Position numbers and translations under genes: made by a program
IMG/VR virus record: IMGVR_UViG_3300025687_000024
Location: 46,690-110,689 of that record
Reading direction: 5' to 3' (one strand)
DNA: 64,000 nucleotides
From: a virus
Notes under the pieces: generated by a model
Told to the model about the DNA's origin: nothing
Seen by the model: the letters and a program-made list of their open reading frames with translations, nothing else
Database searches by the model: none
Part shown: piece by piece, positions 18,501 to 28,084 of the stretch
How the letters are laid out: the number at the start of each line of letters is the position of its first letter
How positions within the stretch are numbered: position 1 is the stretch's first letter

Positions 18501-21500
18501 CCGCCCCCGAAGGTGCCCTTCGCCTACGAGAAGTTCCTCTCCTACCTGAACGCCATGCGCGTCGACGCACGGAAGCACGGGAACAGCCTGACCTTGGTCC
18601 CGTTCACCGAGGAGCAGGTGAAGTCGATGTCGGCCGGGGAGCTCAAGGATCCCGGGCTGGTGGTGCGCGGCAAGGACTTGCGTCCGCTCAAGGGCGGGCT
18701 GTTCGACGAGGACATCACGGGCGGCATGCTCGGGGACAAGTGGGCACACTTCAAGCTCGCCGAGCCCATGCCGAACCCGCTCTTCGAGGACGCGGTCAAG
18801 AAGCTCCTCAACATCACCCGCAAGCGCTACGCGGACATCGTCGCGGGACGGGTGGAGGTCAAGGGCAAGCGGGGCGGGGAGGCCATCAAGGCCCTGCTGG
18901 AGGACGTCAACGTCGCGGAGCAGCGGGAAGCCATCACTGCGAAGCTCGCGACTGCGAAGGGAGCCACGCGGAGCAAGCTGCACAAGCAGCTGCGCATCCT
19001 CAAGGCCCTGGAGGCCAACAACCTCGACCCCACGGTCTACATGATGGAGTCCGTGCCCGTCGTCCCGCCGATCATGCGCCCCGTAACGGTCAAGGACGAC
19101 GGCTCCCTCTCGTCCAACGACTTGAACTACCTCTACAAGGGCATCGCGGCCTCCAACGACGTGCTCCGGAGCAACAAGCGGGCAGGCCTGCCCGCAGCCC
19201 ACATGGAGACGGTGCGCTCCGAGCTGTACGATGGCGTCAAGGCCCTGATGGGTGTCGGCGCCGCGGCTGCGCCGGGCCCGCGCGACTACCAGGGAGTGCT
19301 CAAGATCATCTCGGGGGATCAGCCCAAGGAGGGCTACTTCCAGAAGCGCGTGATGAAGCGCCGCCAGGACTTCTCGGCCCGGTCCATCATCATCCCGGAG
19401 CCGGGCATGGACCTCGACGAGCTCGGGGTGCCCGAGAAGGTGGCCTGGTCGCTGTACCAGCCCTTCATCGAGCGCGACCTCGCCCGGGCGGGCTGGAAGA
19501 TGCTCGACGCCATCAACGAGGTCAAGGCCCGCGGTCCCGCGGCCGAGAAGGCGTTGGAGCGTGCGGTGCAGGAGCGCCCCATTCTACTGAAGCGCGACCC
19601 CGCTCTGCACATGTTCAACGTGATGGCCTTCAAGCCCAGGCTGGTGAAGGGCAGCGCCATCGAAATCCACCCCCTCGTCGTCTCGGGCTACAACGCTGAC
19701 TTCGACGGCGACGCCATGAGCGTGTACCTGCCCCTCACCTCGAAGGCGGTGAAGGAAGCGCATGGCATGTACCCGTCCAAGAACTTGTTCAGCTCGAGCA
19801 CGGGTGCCGTGATGCACACGCCCGGGCACGAAGCGTTGCTCGGCCTCTACCTGGCGTCGAAGCCCGGGAAGCGCACGCGGCACACGTTCAAGACGGGAGA
19901 AGACGCGCGGGCGGCCTGGCGTCGGGGACGTATCGACCGGACGGACATCATCCACGTGGCTGGGCACGAGACTACGGTGGGCCGGCTGGACATCGAGCGG
20001 CACCTGCCGCCGGAGCTGCGGGAGACCGGGAAGAAGCCTGTCTCCCAGATGCGGGTCTACGACAAGGGGACCACCAAGAAGGTGCTGACGGCCATCGCCA
20101 AGAAGAACCCTGACCACTACGGCAAGGTGGCCAACGCCTTCAAGGACATCGGCAACGAGCACACCTTCGACGTAGGGTTCTCCATCGGCCTCGACGACTT
20201 CGAGGTCATCAACCGGAAGGAGCGGGACTCCATGATGCAGGCGGCCGAGGCCCAGGCGGACCGCATCCGGCAGGGTCCCGGGAGCAAGCAGCGGAAGGAC
20301 GAGCGGGTCGTCAAGATCTTCCAGGACCTCGATGACTCCCTCGACCGCCTCAACACCGAGCACCTGGCCCAGAACCCCACCAACATCTCCCGCATGGTGG
20401 AGTCCGGGGCGCGCGGCAAGCCCTCGCAGCTCAAGCAGATCATCAGCAGTCCCGTGTTGGTGATGGACGCGAAGAACCGGGTGGTGCCGAGCCTCATCCC
20501 GCGGTCGTACTCCGAGGGCATGGACGTGGCGTCCTACTGGACCACGCTGCACGGTGCGCGGAAGGGCACCATCCAGAAGGTGCAGGGCGTGAAGGACCCC
20601 GGGTACATCTCCAAGCAGGTGATGAACTCCACCATGAACCAGCTCGTCACGGAGCGAGACTGCGGGACGACCGAGGGCATCTTCATGTCCGTCGATGACT
20701 CGGACATCCTGGACAGGTACACGGTGCAGGGGACGCTCATCACGCCGAAGGTGGTGGCTGATGCGCGGAAGCGCCGACAGCGCTCCCTCAAGGTGAGGTC
20801 CCCCCTGCGGTGCAAGTCGTCGCACGGCATCTGCCAGAAGTGCATGGGGCTGAGCGTGAACGGACACCACCACGATGTGGGGACCAACGTGGGGGTGCTC
20901 GCTGGGCAGGCCATCGGAGAGCCCGCGACGCAGCTCTCCCTCAACGTCTTCCACACGGGAGGCTTGGCCAAGGGGCGCGGCTCGAAGAGCGTCAACGCCT
21001 TCCACCGGCTCACCGAAATCTTGCGGCTCCCCAAGAACCTGCCGGACGCAGCGCCGCTGGCCCTGGAGTCGGGGACGGTCACCAAGGTCGAGCGCGCGCC
21101 GCAGGGCGGCGAGTACGTGACCGTCGGCCGGACGCGCCACTACCTCCCGGCGGCTCAGGCCAGGGCGGTGAAGCGCGGGCAGCCTGTGCGCAAGGGCGCT
21201 CCGCTGACGGATGGCGTGGTGGACCCGCGCAACCTGCTGTCCCTGCGGGGCCTCGAGGCTGTGCAAGACCACCTCACCGACGAGCTCGCCGACGTCATGG
21301 GTACGGTGGCTCCGGTGAAGCGACGCAACCTCGAGGTCGTCGTCAAGTCGCTCACGAACGTCACGCACATCGACGATGCGGGAGACCACCCGGAGTGGGT
21401 TCCGGGCGATGCGCAGCCCTACAGTGCCGTGCAGGCGTACAACCGGAAGCCCGGCACGAAGCCGGTCAAGCATACGCCCTACCTCAAGGGAGTCAACGTC

Positions 21501-21701
21501 CTGCCCCACGAGATGCAGGAAGACTGGATGGCGCGCCTGAACTACACCGACCTCTCGCGCACGCTGACCGAGGCGGCCCGCGAGGGCTGGCGGTCCAACA
21601 TCCACGGCTTCCATCCGGTACCCGGGGCGGCCTACGCTGCCGAGTTCGGGCAGAAGCAGAAGGCCGTCAAGCCCGGTGAGCCCTGGAGAGGTGAGTATTG
21701 A
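15591..21701 (+). CDS. rpoBC: Phage two-barrel RNA polymerase, beta and beta' fused in one 2036-aa chain
   Basis: Beta motifs HLGFLDPIHTPES, LVPFLQNNQGNRA, GYNFEDGIVISE, GDKVVGRHGNKG, LNPLGVPGRINLGQ and GGQALGE; then beta' motifs VPVVPPIMRP, RDPALH, YNADFDGDAM, SGARG, RSPLRC..GICQKC and GEPATQLSLNVFHTGG. No stop codon between them. Confidence 0.97.
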   Translation: MPYLSPDEQFADLKSKVSSTLMELFPVEGRGGRVVLKNVEVDDNLDTHDLRSQRVALQEGKTWAVPVYGDAVLEREGQEIDRKRVLLMHLPKTTDRFGYIVKGREYQALTQFRQKSGVYHRTASNGALLAEFNLANRDQFANGRTFKVRFDPEEAVYYLQHGNSNIPLYHLLKGAGVSDRELEQRWGAAIVQKNRERASAEQVYSRFYKAVNKKQPADPMRHAGLFRELLGKTRLRADTTKKTLGAEFETVDNEVLLRATENLLDMSKGRREDDPKTSLEFQSVHTIDDFIDGRLKRAAPSIRRKLANALASGRTRNVRRVVKADPFDRAVQGYFTSDLTVNPEQTNPLEMLAGQLKTTIMGEQGGYKSAHVVSEESKLISPSHLGFLDPIHTPESDKTGVTLSLPLGVKKVGNELETLLVDARTGRTRRMQPADVLDQTVAFPDQYERKGKKLVARHAKVKATRGGEVVTVPASEVDYVLPSPRSLFGVASNLVPFLQNNQGNRAMTAAKQQEQAVPLEHREAPLVQVEMDRGGTFEQALGLYASRRAPVAGVVKTVKKDAVIINDGDKDHEVQIYRNFPLNGTSLYDMDVQVKKGDQVEKGQLLADSTFTKDGTLALGTNLRTAYIPFMGYNFEDGIVISEAAARKLASRHLYKKSTARDADTILSRKTFLAEYPYVFGKGQLSGVGEDGIVKPGTILNEGDPLIMVLRKPPMTKARKQIREFRRGRPDKYRDRSVVWDKPYQGEVTEVVRKGKDVTVYVKTREPAQIGDKVVGRHGNKGVITRIIPVSEMPWKEGENGEKEHVEIALNPLGVPGRINLGQILETAAGKVAEKRGKPYGVRNFEAEKDYLAMVKEDLAAEGLQDRDELIDPRTGKPFPNRILAGNQYIVKLKHQVGKKVSARAGGPGAPYDINHAPAGGAPHGGQALGELGMYSMLAHGARENLHEMFAYKSSRNHELWDALREGTPLPPPKVPFAYEKFLSYLNAMRVDARKHGNSLTLVPFTEEQVKSMSAGELKDPGLVVRGKDLRPLKGGLFDEDITGGMLGDKWAHFKLAEPMPNPLFEDAVKKLLNITRKRYADIVAGRVEVKGKRGGEAIKALLEDVNVAEQREAITAKLATAKGATRSKLHKQLRILKALEANNLDPTVYMMESVPVVPPIMRPVTVKDDGSLSSNDLNYLYKGIAASNDVLRSNKRAGLPAAHMETVRSELYDGVKALMGVGAAAAPGPRDYQGVLKIISGDQPKEGYFQKRVMKRRQDFSARSIIIPEPGMDLDELGVPEKVAWSLYQPFIERDLARAGWKMLDAINEVKARGPAAEKALERAVQERPILLKRDPALHMFNVMAFKPRLVKGSAIEIHPLVVSGYNADFDGDAMSVYLPLTSKAVKEAHGMYPSKNLFSSSTGAVMHTPGHEALLGLYLASKPGKRTRHTFKTGEDARAAWRRGRIDRTDIIHVAGHETTVGRLDIERHLPPELRETGKKPVSQMRVYDKGTTKKVLTAIAKKNPDHYGKVANAFKDIGNEHTFDVGFSIGLDDFEVINRKERDSMMQAAEAQADRIRQGPGSKQRKDERVVKIFQDLDDSLDRLNTEHLAQNPTNISRMVESGARGKPSQLKQIISSPVLVMDAKNRVVPSLIPRSYSEGMDVASYWTTLHGARKGTIQKVQGVKDPGYISKQVMNSTMNQLVTERDCGTTEGIFMSVDDSDILDRYTVQGTLITPKVVADARKRRQRSLKVRSPLRCKSSHGICQKCMGLSVNGHHHDVGTNVGVLAGQAIGEPATQLSLNVFHTGGLAKGRGSKSVNAFHRLTEILRLPKNLPDAAPLALESGTVTKVERAPQGGEYVTVGRTRHYLPAAQARAVKRGQPVRKGAPLTDGVVDPRNLLSLRGLEAVQDHLTDELADVMGTVAPVKRRNLEVVVKSLTNVTHIDDAGDHPEWVPGDAQPYSAVQAYNRKPGTKPVKHTPYLKGVNVLPHEMQEDWMARLNYTDLSRTLTEAAREGWRSNIHGFHPVPGAAYAAEFGQKQKAVKPGEPWRGEY

Positions 21702-23272
21702 GTGCCCCCAAGCCCGGGTTCCCGCCTGCCTGGACCGCCTACGGCGGTGTGAGGGTACTGGCGGGCACCATCATCTCGGTCAACAAGGTGAAGTGGACCT
21801 GCACGGTCAACTGCGGGAAGGGAGAGCACTACGAGGACGTCCCCGTGATGCCCGGGTTCGTGGGGGCCGAAGGGCAGGGCGAGTTCAAGATGCCGGAGAC
21901 CAACTCTCCGGTCTGGGTCTGCAAGCCTTCGCAGGAGGGGAAGGTGTTCGTGCTGGGCGGCGCCGCGCTCCCTACCCAGATGGACGAAGGGGACGCATAC
22001 GAGGACCCCACGGACTACCGCATGAACCGTCCGGTGCTCGGCGAGGGGGACCAGGGGATGATGGGCCCTGGCGGGAGTCCGCACGTCATCCTGCGCAAGG
22101 GCGGCATGCTCGAGCTCGGTGCCGACCAGGCATGCCGCTCCTGGTACTTCCCGCTCAAGGGACTGCTGCAGCACTTCTGTCAGCGGTACGAGCTCTACGG
22201 TGCGGCCGGGTCCTGGGAGTATGGCGCGCGCCTCGAGGACCAGTCACACGGGACGGCGCGGACTCCGGTCGAGTTCAACCTGCAGCTCAAGGAGTTCGCC
22301 CAGGACGACCCCATCATCCAGCTGGGCCTAGGGCGCATCGCTGACGAGGATGACCAGCGACTGTTCCACGGCACTACGGGCGACATCGTCGCCCGGCTCA
22401 TCATCAACAACCGCTACCGCTTCTGGGTGGACAAGGCCGGCAACGTGCAGTCCTACGTGCACGGAGGCGTGGTGCGGTCCCACAACGGCCCCGTCGTGGA
22501 GTACTACCACTCTACGCTGATGCGCGAGGTCAAGGAGCTGTTCCGCCAGCGTCTCGGGAAGCGCGCCGTGGAGGTTAGCGGGAACGATGCCCTCGAGGTC
22601 ACGGGAGACCGCACAGTCCGCGTGGGCGGAAACGTCTCCGAGGAGGTCACCGGCACGGTAGCCCGTCAGCTCGGCGGGGTCGCCGACGAGGTCCGCGGGA
22701 GTGTGGAGCGGAAGGTGCAGGGAAGCCTCTCCGACGAAGTGGGCGGGTCCGTCTCCCAGTCGGTAGGGGGCACGCACGAGATGTCGGTGCAGGGGGGAGC
22801 ATCCGAGCTGGTGGGAGGCAAGAAGGTCACCAAGGTCCTCAACAGCCAGGCCGACGGCAACGGCTACGAGATCTACGTCTACTCGGGCAAGCTCGAGATC
22901 CACGATGCGCTGGGCAACGTGGAGTTGTCGTCGGGCGGAGGGTCCGACCCTGCGGCAGCTCTTGCGCGAGTCACGATCACGCCTGCTGGAGCCATCCAAC
23001 TGAGCAGCTCCGGAGGCCTGGCTACCGTCGAGGTCAACAGCAGCGGCATCCAGATCAGCACCGCGGGCGGGGTCATCGAGCTCGACCAGGCCGGCTTGGT
23101 GCTTCTCGGAGGGGCAGTGCCCCCGCGGGGCGCTGTGGTCACCACCCTGACGCACCCGGTGGACCTCGTGACAGGCACGCCGATCCTCGGGAGTGCCACT
23201 GTGGCGGCCGGCGGGATCGCGTCCCCCGCCGCGGTACCGGCTACCAGCTTCGCCTCGGCCTTCCTGGTATGA
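21698..23272 (+). CDS. Gp5/VgrG-like baseplate spike protein
   Basis: N-terminal OB-fold-like region (GTIISVN...CTV...PETNSPVWV), repeated V-x-G beta-helix-like segment, C-terminal HPVDLVTGTP. Confidence 0.7.
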   Translation: MSAPKPGFPPAWTAYGGVRVLAGTIISVNKVKWTCTVNCGKGEHYEDVPVMPGFVGAEGQGEFKMPETNSPVWVCKPSQEGKVFVLGGAALPTQMDEGDAYEDPTDYRMNRPVLGEGDQGMMGPGGSPHVILRKGGMLELGADQACRSWYFPLKGLLQHFCQRYELYGAAGSWEYGARLEDQSHGTARTPVEFNLQLKEFAQDDPIIQLGLGRIADEDDQRLFHGTTGDIVARLIINNRYRFWVDKAGNVQSYVHGGVVRSHNGPVVEYYHSTLMREVKELFRQRLGKRAVEVSGNDALEVTGDRTVRVGGNVSEEVTGTVARQLGGVADEVRGSVERKVQGSLSDEVGGSVSQSVGGTHEMSVQGGASELVGGKKVTKVLNSQADGNGYEIYVYSGKLEIHDALGNVELSSGGGSDPAAALARVTITPAGAIQLSSSGGLATVEVNSSGIQISTAGGVIELDQAGLVLLGGAVPPRGAVVTTLTHPVDLVTGTPILGSATVAAGGIASPAAVPATSFASAFLV

Positions 23273-23949
23273 GCCTGAGCGCTCCCGCGATCGCTGCCCT
23301 GGTCTTCCGAGACCACTTGGCGCAGTTCCCGCTCGCGGCGGACGCCTGTCGCGAGAACGCTGCCACCGGGGTAGCGCTCCATTGTGTGCCCGAGGCCTTC
23401 ATCGAGGCGCTGTGCGCTGGGCTGGTGACCGCGGTGCAGCAGGTGCGTGTTCGCGGGGTGCTCACCGGCATCGCCATCCCCCCGGCAACGGCTTCCCCCG
23501 TCCCCTACACCCTGACGACCGTTCCCGCTGCGGCTTCCCAGTTCCTCGCGGCGCAGGGATGGACGGGTTCTGGCGCTGCGGGGGCAGTCGCTACCTTCAT
23601 CACGTCCGTACTGACGCACCTGGTGGCGACGTCCTGGCTTCAGCTCGCTCCCAGCAAGGTAGCGGGTACCGGGACCGCCCTTGTCTCCCTCGCATCGAAC
23701 CCCACGCTGCAGGCCGAGCTGGAGACCCTGCTGCAAGGGACCCTCCCTGCAGCGTTCACTGCAGCAGGGGTCTTCGGGGAAGGCGATGTCCCGGGTGCCC
23801 CCGTCAATGCTACTCTGGCAGCGCAGCTGCCCAACTACGCCGCGGCCTACTCCATGGCGTTCGCCGGGATCGTGGCTTCGGTTCCCTACGTCGGCGGCAC
23901 CGGCACCTCGGTCTTGGTTACAGAGCCCGTATCGGGCAGCATCTTGTAG
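23269..23949 (+). CDS. Ala-rich hypothetical protein, probably tail/baseplate
   Basis: Translationally coupled to the spike gene. Confidence 0.65.
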   Translation: MSLSAPAIAALVFRDHLAQFPLAADACRENAATGVALHCVPEAFIEALCAGLVTAVQQVRVRGVLTGIAIPPATASPVPYTLTTVPAAASQFLAAQGWTGSGAAGAVATFITSVLTHLVATSWLQLAPSKVAGTGTALVSLASNPTLQAELETLLQGTLPAAFTAAGVFGEGDVPGAPVNATLAAQLPNYAAAYSMAFAGIVASVPYVGGTGTSVLVTEPVSGSIL

Positions 23950-23957
23950 GAGAGCGC

Positions 23958-25163
23958 GTGGCGAGTTGGGTTCAGTTCGAGACGATGCCGGAGCAGGCGT
24001 CCCAGATCGCGGCCGCGGTCGATGAAGGGCAGGCCGCACTGAGTACGGTGGCTACGGTGCTCGACGGCGTGGCTACGGTGCTCAACGTCATCTCGGCCTT
24101 CGCCGTGAGCGACGTCAACGCGGCGCGCGCCATCTCCCTGGCTCTCGTAGCGCTCATCGACTCCTTGATCATGGATGTGCTCCAGAACAACGTGGGGCTC
24201 TGTCTCCACCTGAACCTGGAGTGGGATCCCGACTGGACCTACGACGAGTCCTGGCTGGAGAACTCCCAGCTTCCGTGGAAGGCCCGCGGGGTGACCAACT
24301 GGCTGGCCGATGTCGCCGCCTCCACGCGGGATGAGTCGGACCCCCTGCGCCCCCTGACGGACGACGACACCTACGTGGGTGGCTTCATCCTGCTGCAGGG
24401 CGTCTCCAGCCACGAGGAGCTCGAAGACCTCAAGGCGCTCTTCGACATGTTCACCAACATGTCCGCGTTCCGCGAGACGCTCGACACCTACGATCGCCTG
24501 GGGAACGTCACCGAGGCCAACAAGCCCCTCACCAGGCTGGGCCCTGCCATGGCGAGCTCGCTCATGCACGCGCTGGTCTGTGACCCCGAGCAGGAGGGAG
24601 CAGCTGTGCTGGAGCAGATCGGGGCCACCACGGTCGAGGACTTCCTCCCTCTGCGAGGCAACTACCCGAAGTGGGCGTCGTTGCCCATGGCGGCCACGGT
24701 CCCTGCGATGAAGCAGCTCATCGACAAGCTGCGCCAGCTGCGCGAGTCCATCAAGCCCTCGCTGGACAAGGCCGAGCAGATCGCCCTGCTTGCCAGCCTC
24801 ATCGCGAACAAGGCAGCTCTGCTCTCCGACTCGCTGGACGAGGTGGGGGAGCTGCTCGAGAGCATCGAGAGCCTGATCGCCTTCTTGCGCAGTGGAAACG
24901 TGCATTTCATCTGGATTCCCGACGACGAGCCAGGCGGGATGGCCAACTTCATCAACCGGGCCGTTACCGCCGAGAACCTGCCTGACTTCGGATCAGATGG
25001 TATTGTTGTGGGTGTCGTCGGTATCGTGACCGGAGATGATATGGCCAACCACATGCAGCGCTTCTGGGAGATGCTGGGCCTCCAAGCCGACGCTTTCGTC
25101 ACCGGAACCGACACCCTGGCTGCGAACATCGACGCGGCCTTCGCAGACATCTTCCCCGAGTAG
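23958..25163 (+). CDS. Hypothetical protein, possibly baseplate-associated
   Basis: AGGAG RBS with GTG 23958, inside track ORF 23193..25163. Confidence 0.65.
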   Translation: MASWVQFETMPEQASQIAAAVDEGQAALSTVATVLDGVATVLNVISAFAVSDVNAARAISLALVALIDSLIMDVLQNNVGLCLHLNLEWDPDWTYDESWLENSQLPWKARGVTNWLADVAASTRDESDPLRPLTDDDTYVGGFILLQGVSSHEELEDLKALFDMFTNMSAFRETLDTYDRLGNVTEANKPLTRLGPAMASSLMHALVCDPEQEGAAVLEQIGATTVEDFLPLRGNYPKWASLPMAATVPAMKQLIDKLRQLRESIKPSLDKAEQIALLASLIANKAALLSDSLDEVGELLESIESLIAFLRSGNVHFIWIPDDEPGGMANFINRAVTAENLPDFGSDGIVVGVVGIVTGDDMANHMQRFWEMLGLQADAFVTGTDTLAANIDAAFADIFPE

Positions 25164-25173
25164 GAGCCCCTCC

Positions 25174-27192
25174 ATGTCTCACCAGCCCCTCTTCCACTCC
25201 GCTGAGATCAAGCTCGAGAAGCGCGCCAGCGGCTTCGGCCTCAAGCTGGAGGGCGATGCCGACGAGTGGCCCACGGAGATCACCAAGGGGGCCTACTCCC
25301 AGCTCCCGTACCTGCACCAGACCCAGATCGATGTCGCTCTCGAGCGCGTCGACGAGGCCCGGGGCTACGCTATCGGCAAGCTCATGGCCTACCCTCCGGG
25401 CATGACCAAGAAGGCGGCGGCCAGCAACAAGCAGCTGCTCATCTTCCCCCTGGTCGTCCGGGAGCGGGAAGTGGCTCCCCTGGACGTGATGTTCCACAAG
25501 GGGGACGCGCACTCGGTCAACGAGGAGAAGGTGGCCAGTGCTCTGCAGAACCCCGACGTGTTCGCCGGCACGGCCAAGCCCGACAGGTTCAAGGGCACCG
25601 ACATCGGCAGCCAGATGCAGCCCCCGACGAATCAGGGGTCGCCCGATGCCAGCTCGGTCATCAAGACGGGCTCCGTGCTGCTGGAGAAGGTGGCTTCGAC
25701 GCTCCGTGCAGCCGACGTGGAGCGGTTCAGGGCCCAGCTCCGCGAGGACACCCCGGTGCGCGCGGCGCTCCTGCAGGATGGGGAGATGCGGCAGTCCCTC
25801 CTGTCCCTCACCACGGCCAAGGAGAAGACCGCGGCCGAGGTCGGGCAGCTGCGGCGCGCGCTGACCCGCCCCACGGTGGTCCAGCTCCGGGAGCACGGGA
25901 TGGGCTACAAGGTCAAGACGGCCAACCACGCCTGCTTCGCTCCCGTGGAGAACGAGATCACGCGCTTCGAGGCCGAGTCGATGCTCTCGGGCGAGAGCAT
26001 GAAGGTGCTGCGCGAGCGCGGCTTCGTCACCTTCGCCACCGACGCGGTGGATACGGCGTCCAAGGTCAAGGTGGCCCAGGTCGCTGATCGCGTGGGGGTC
26101 TACACGACCTACGCTGGGGGGAAGGAAGTGCAGGGTGTGGTGGTCCCCGCGGTGATGTCCATCGAGGGAGTCCCGATGAGCGGGCACATGTTCCTGGGCG
26201 GGAACGAGCACGCGCTTCAGGAGAAGGTCGCCGGCGTGTTCGAAGCCGACCTCACGCTTCAGGGGGCGCACCCCCGCGGCCGCGGGGTCTTCGTGTACCA
26301 GGTCGGGCGTCAGGCCATCGCCACCGAGCCGGTGGACATCCAGCACGAGTACGAGCTCCCGGTCGGTGACGGCAAGACCAAGACCGCGTCGCTGCAGGCA
26401 GTCCGCCTCGGGTCCGGCCAGCCGGTGCGCATCACGCTGGTCCCGGGCATCGACAAGATCGCGGCCCTCGGGGGAGCCGAGGTGGCCGTGCCCGACTCCT
26501 TCGTCTTCGTGCCGCTGCGGGGCTCCCAGGTGGGCGTGGCGGAGGATCCACGCGACGTGGACGGGCGTGAGATGCTCAAGGTCGCCGGCGTGGACTCCGT
26601 GGAGCTGCTCTCCGACGGCGCCGCCTTCTCCCTGCGCGGGCAGAACGCGGCGTCCTTCCACGGGCAGTTCCTCTCCGAGTCCGGGGCCGAGTTCGCCCTC
26701 GGCGCCTTGGGCGTCCGGGGAAGCAGCGCCCGGCACTTCATCGAGAAGGCAGCGTCGGCCCAAGCCCCCGTGACGGTGCCCCACACGCGCCCCGTGGTCA
26801 AGGAGACCGAGCTGAAGGCGCGCACCATGATGAAGGTCGCCTCGGCCTTCCGCGAGGTGGACCGCGGGCTGCAGCGGAACCTGGTGCCCGAGCTGGCCGT
26901 TCTGCGGCGTCAGCCGTCCGAGCACTCCTCGCTCTCCAAGCATGCCTCTGTCATCATCGACCGCGAGACGGCGGACGCCATCCTCTCGCTCAACTTCGTG
27001 ACCCCCGAGAACGTGCAGGCCTACGTGGACGCCATCCCCCAGCTGGAGAAGGTCTCCAGCAAGCTGGCCGAGATCCTGGTGGCGTCCAGGCTCGGCATGG
27101 ACGACGTACGGGAACAGGCGGCGCGCAACGCGCTGAGGAACGTGGACGAGGTCCTCGACGGACTGCACGAGCTGAGGGCCAAGACCCAGTAG
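25174..27192 (+). CDS. Large putative head/internal protein with many K-x-A sites
   Basis: AGGAG RBS with ATG 25174; LEKRAS, LEKVAS, KEKTAA, KVKVAQ, QEKVAG, KTKTAS, IDKIAA, MLKVAG, IEKAAS, MMKVAS. Confidence 0.75.
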   Translation: MSHQPLFHSAEIKLEKRASGFGLKLEGDADEWPTEITKGAYSQLPYLHQTQIDVALERVDEARGYAIGKLMAYPPGMTKKAAASNKQLLIFPLVVREREVAPLDVMFHKGDAHSVNEEKVASALQNPDVFAGTAKPDRFKGTDIGSQMQPPTNQGSPDASSVIKTGSVLLEKVASTLRAADVERFRAQLREDTPVRAALLQDGEMRQSLLSLTTAKEKTAAEVGQLRRALTRPTVVQLREHGMGYKVKTANHACFAPVENEITRFEAESMLSGESMKVLRERGFVTFATDAVDTASKVKVAQVADRVGVYTTYAGGKEVQGVVVPAVMSIEGVPMSGHMFLGGNEHALQEKVAGVFEADLTLQGAHPRGRGVFVYQVGRQAIATEPVDIQHEYELPVGDGKTKTASLQAVRLGSGQPVRITLVPGIDKIAALGGAEVAVPDSFVFVPLRGSQVGVAEDPRDVDGREMLKVAGVDSVELLSDGAAFSLRGQNAASFHGQFLSESGAEFALGALGVRGSSARHFIEKAASAQAPVTVPHTRPVVKETELKARTMMKVASAFREVDRGLQRNLVPELAVLRRQPSEHSSLSKHASVIIDRETADAILSLNFVTPENVQAYVDAIPQLEKVSSKLAEILVASRLGMDDVREQAARNALRNVDEVLDGLHELRAKTQ

Positions 27193-27199
27193 GCCGCCC

Positions 27200-28084
27200 T
27201 TGAAGTACCCCCACCGCCTCTACTTGGTCTACCTTCTGACCAAGAAGATGACCGTCTACGACGTGCAGCAGGCCTGCACGGCGCGGGAGCTGGTACCTCC
27301 GAACGAGGACGTGCTGCGTGAGATGGCCGAGGGGTTGGGGAGTGTGCCGAAGGCCTGGCGCGCCTCGCTCAAGGGGGCGCCCGCGTCCTTCCGTCGGTGG
27401 CTGCGCCAGCAAGGGGTGCTGGCTCTGTGGAAGGACACGGGGACGGTCCAAGAGGCGAAGGACTTCCTGTTCCGGGGGCAGGTGCGCAAGGACTTCGAGG
27501 GGCTGATGCTCATGCGGGGTGACGCGGAGGCGGCGCGCACCGAGCTGCTGGTGAAGTACCCCGAGAGCTACGTACCGGACCTCCCTGTGCTCGAGCTCTT
27601 CTGCGAGTACTTCTGGAACCTCGGGGCGCTGACTGCCCGGGAGCTGTTCGAGTACCTGCAGGTGGCCCAGAACCGGGACGAGCTGGTGGCGGCAGCCAAG
27701 GGCGACTTGGCTACCACCTACGGCAAGCTCGGGCTGCGAGAGCGCGTCTCCAAGGAGAACTTCCTCGACAACGTCATCGCGTTGGCCAACCAGCAGGTGG
27801 TCGAAGCGCGCAAGGTGGGCGGCGCCTTGTCCGGGGCGACTCTCATGGGCTTGGCAGCGATCAGCCGCCAGGGTATCGACGCCATGCGTGAGCGCGACGA
27901 GATGGACCAGCTGTCGGAGGGCAACGACGAGGACCTCCGCGAGAAGGCGTTGGCCTTCAAGCTGGGGAAGATCGAAGCGCCTGCGCGTTTCCCCACTATC
28001 GATGAACTCAGCAGTGACCCCCTACAGGGAGCCGAAGATGTGCCCAACGAGCGCGGACACCTACGCCTCATCGAGGGTTCGTAG
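27200..28084 (+). CDS. Hypothetical helical protein (small terminase candidate by position only)
   Basis: Coding-like ORF upstream of the large terminase; no diagnostic motif. Confidence 0.6.
   Translation: MKYPHRLYLVYLLTKKMTVYDVQQACTARELVPPNEDVLREMAEGLGSVPKAWRASLKGAPASFRRWLRQQGVLALWKDTGTVQEAKDFLFRGQVRKDFEGLMLMRGDAEAARTELLVKYPESYVPDLPVLELFCEYFWNLGALTARELFEYLQVAQNRDELVAAAKGDLATTYGKLGLRERVSKENFLDNVIALANQQVVEARKVGGALSGATLMGLAAISRQGIDAMRERDEMDQLSEGNDEDLREKALAFKLGKIEAPARFPTIDELSSDPLQGAEDVPNERGHLRLIEGS

Noticed and set aside
15591-21701. Host chromosomal rpoBC locus or contamination
   Set aside because: No ribosomal protein genes nearby, the sequence is highly diverged and shortened, and it is coupled to phage structural genes.
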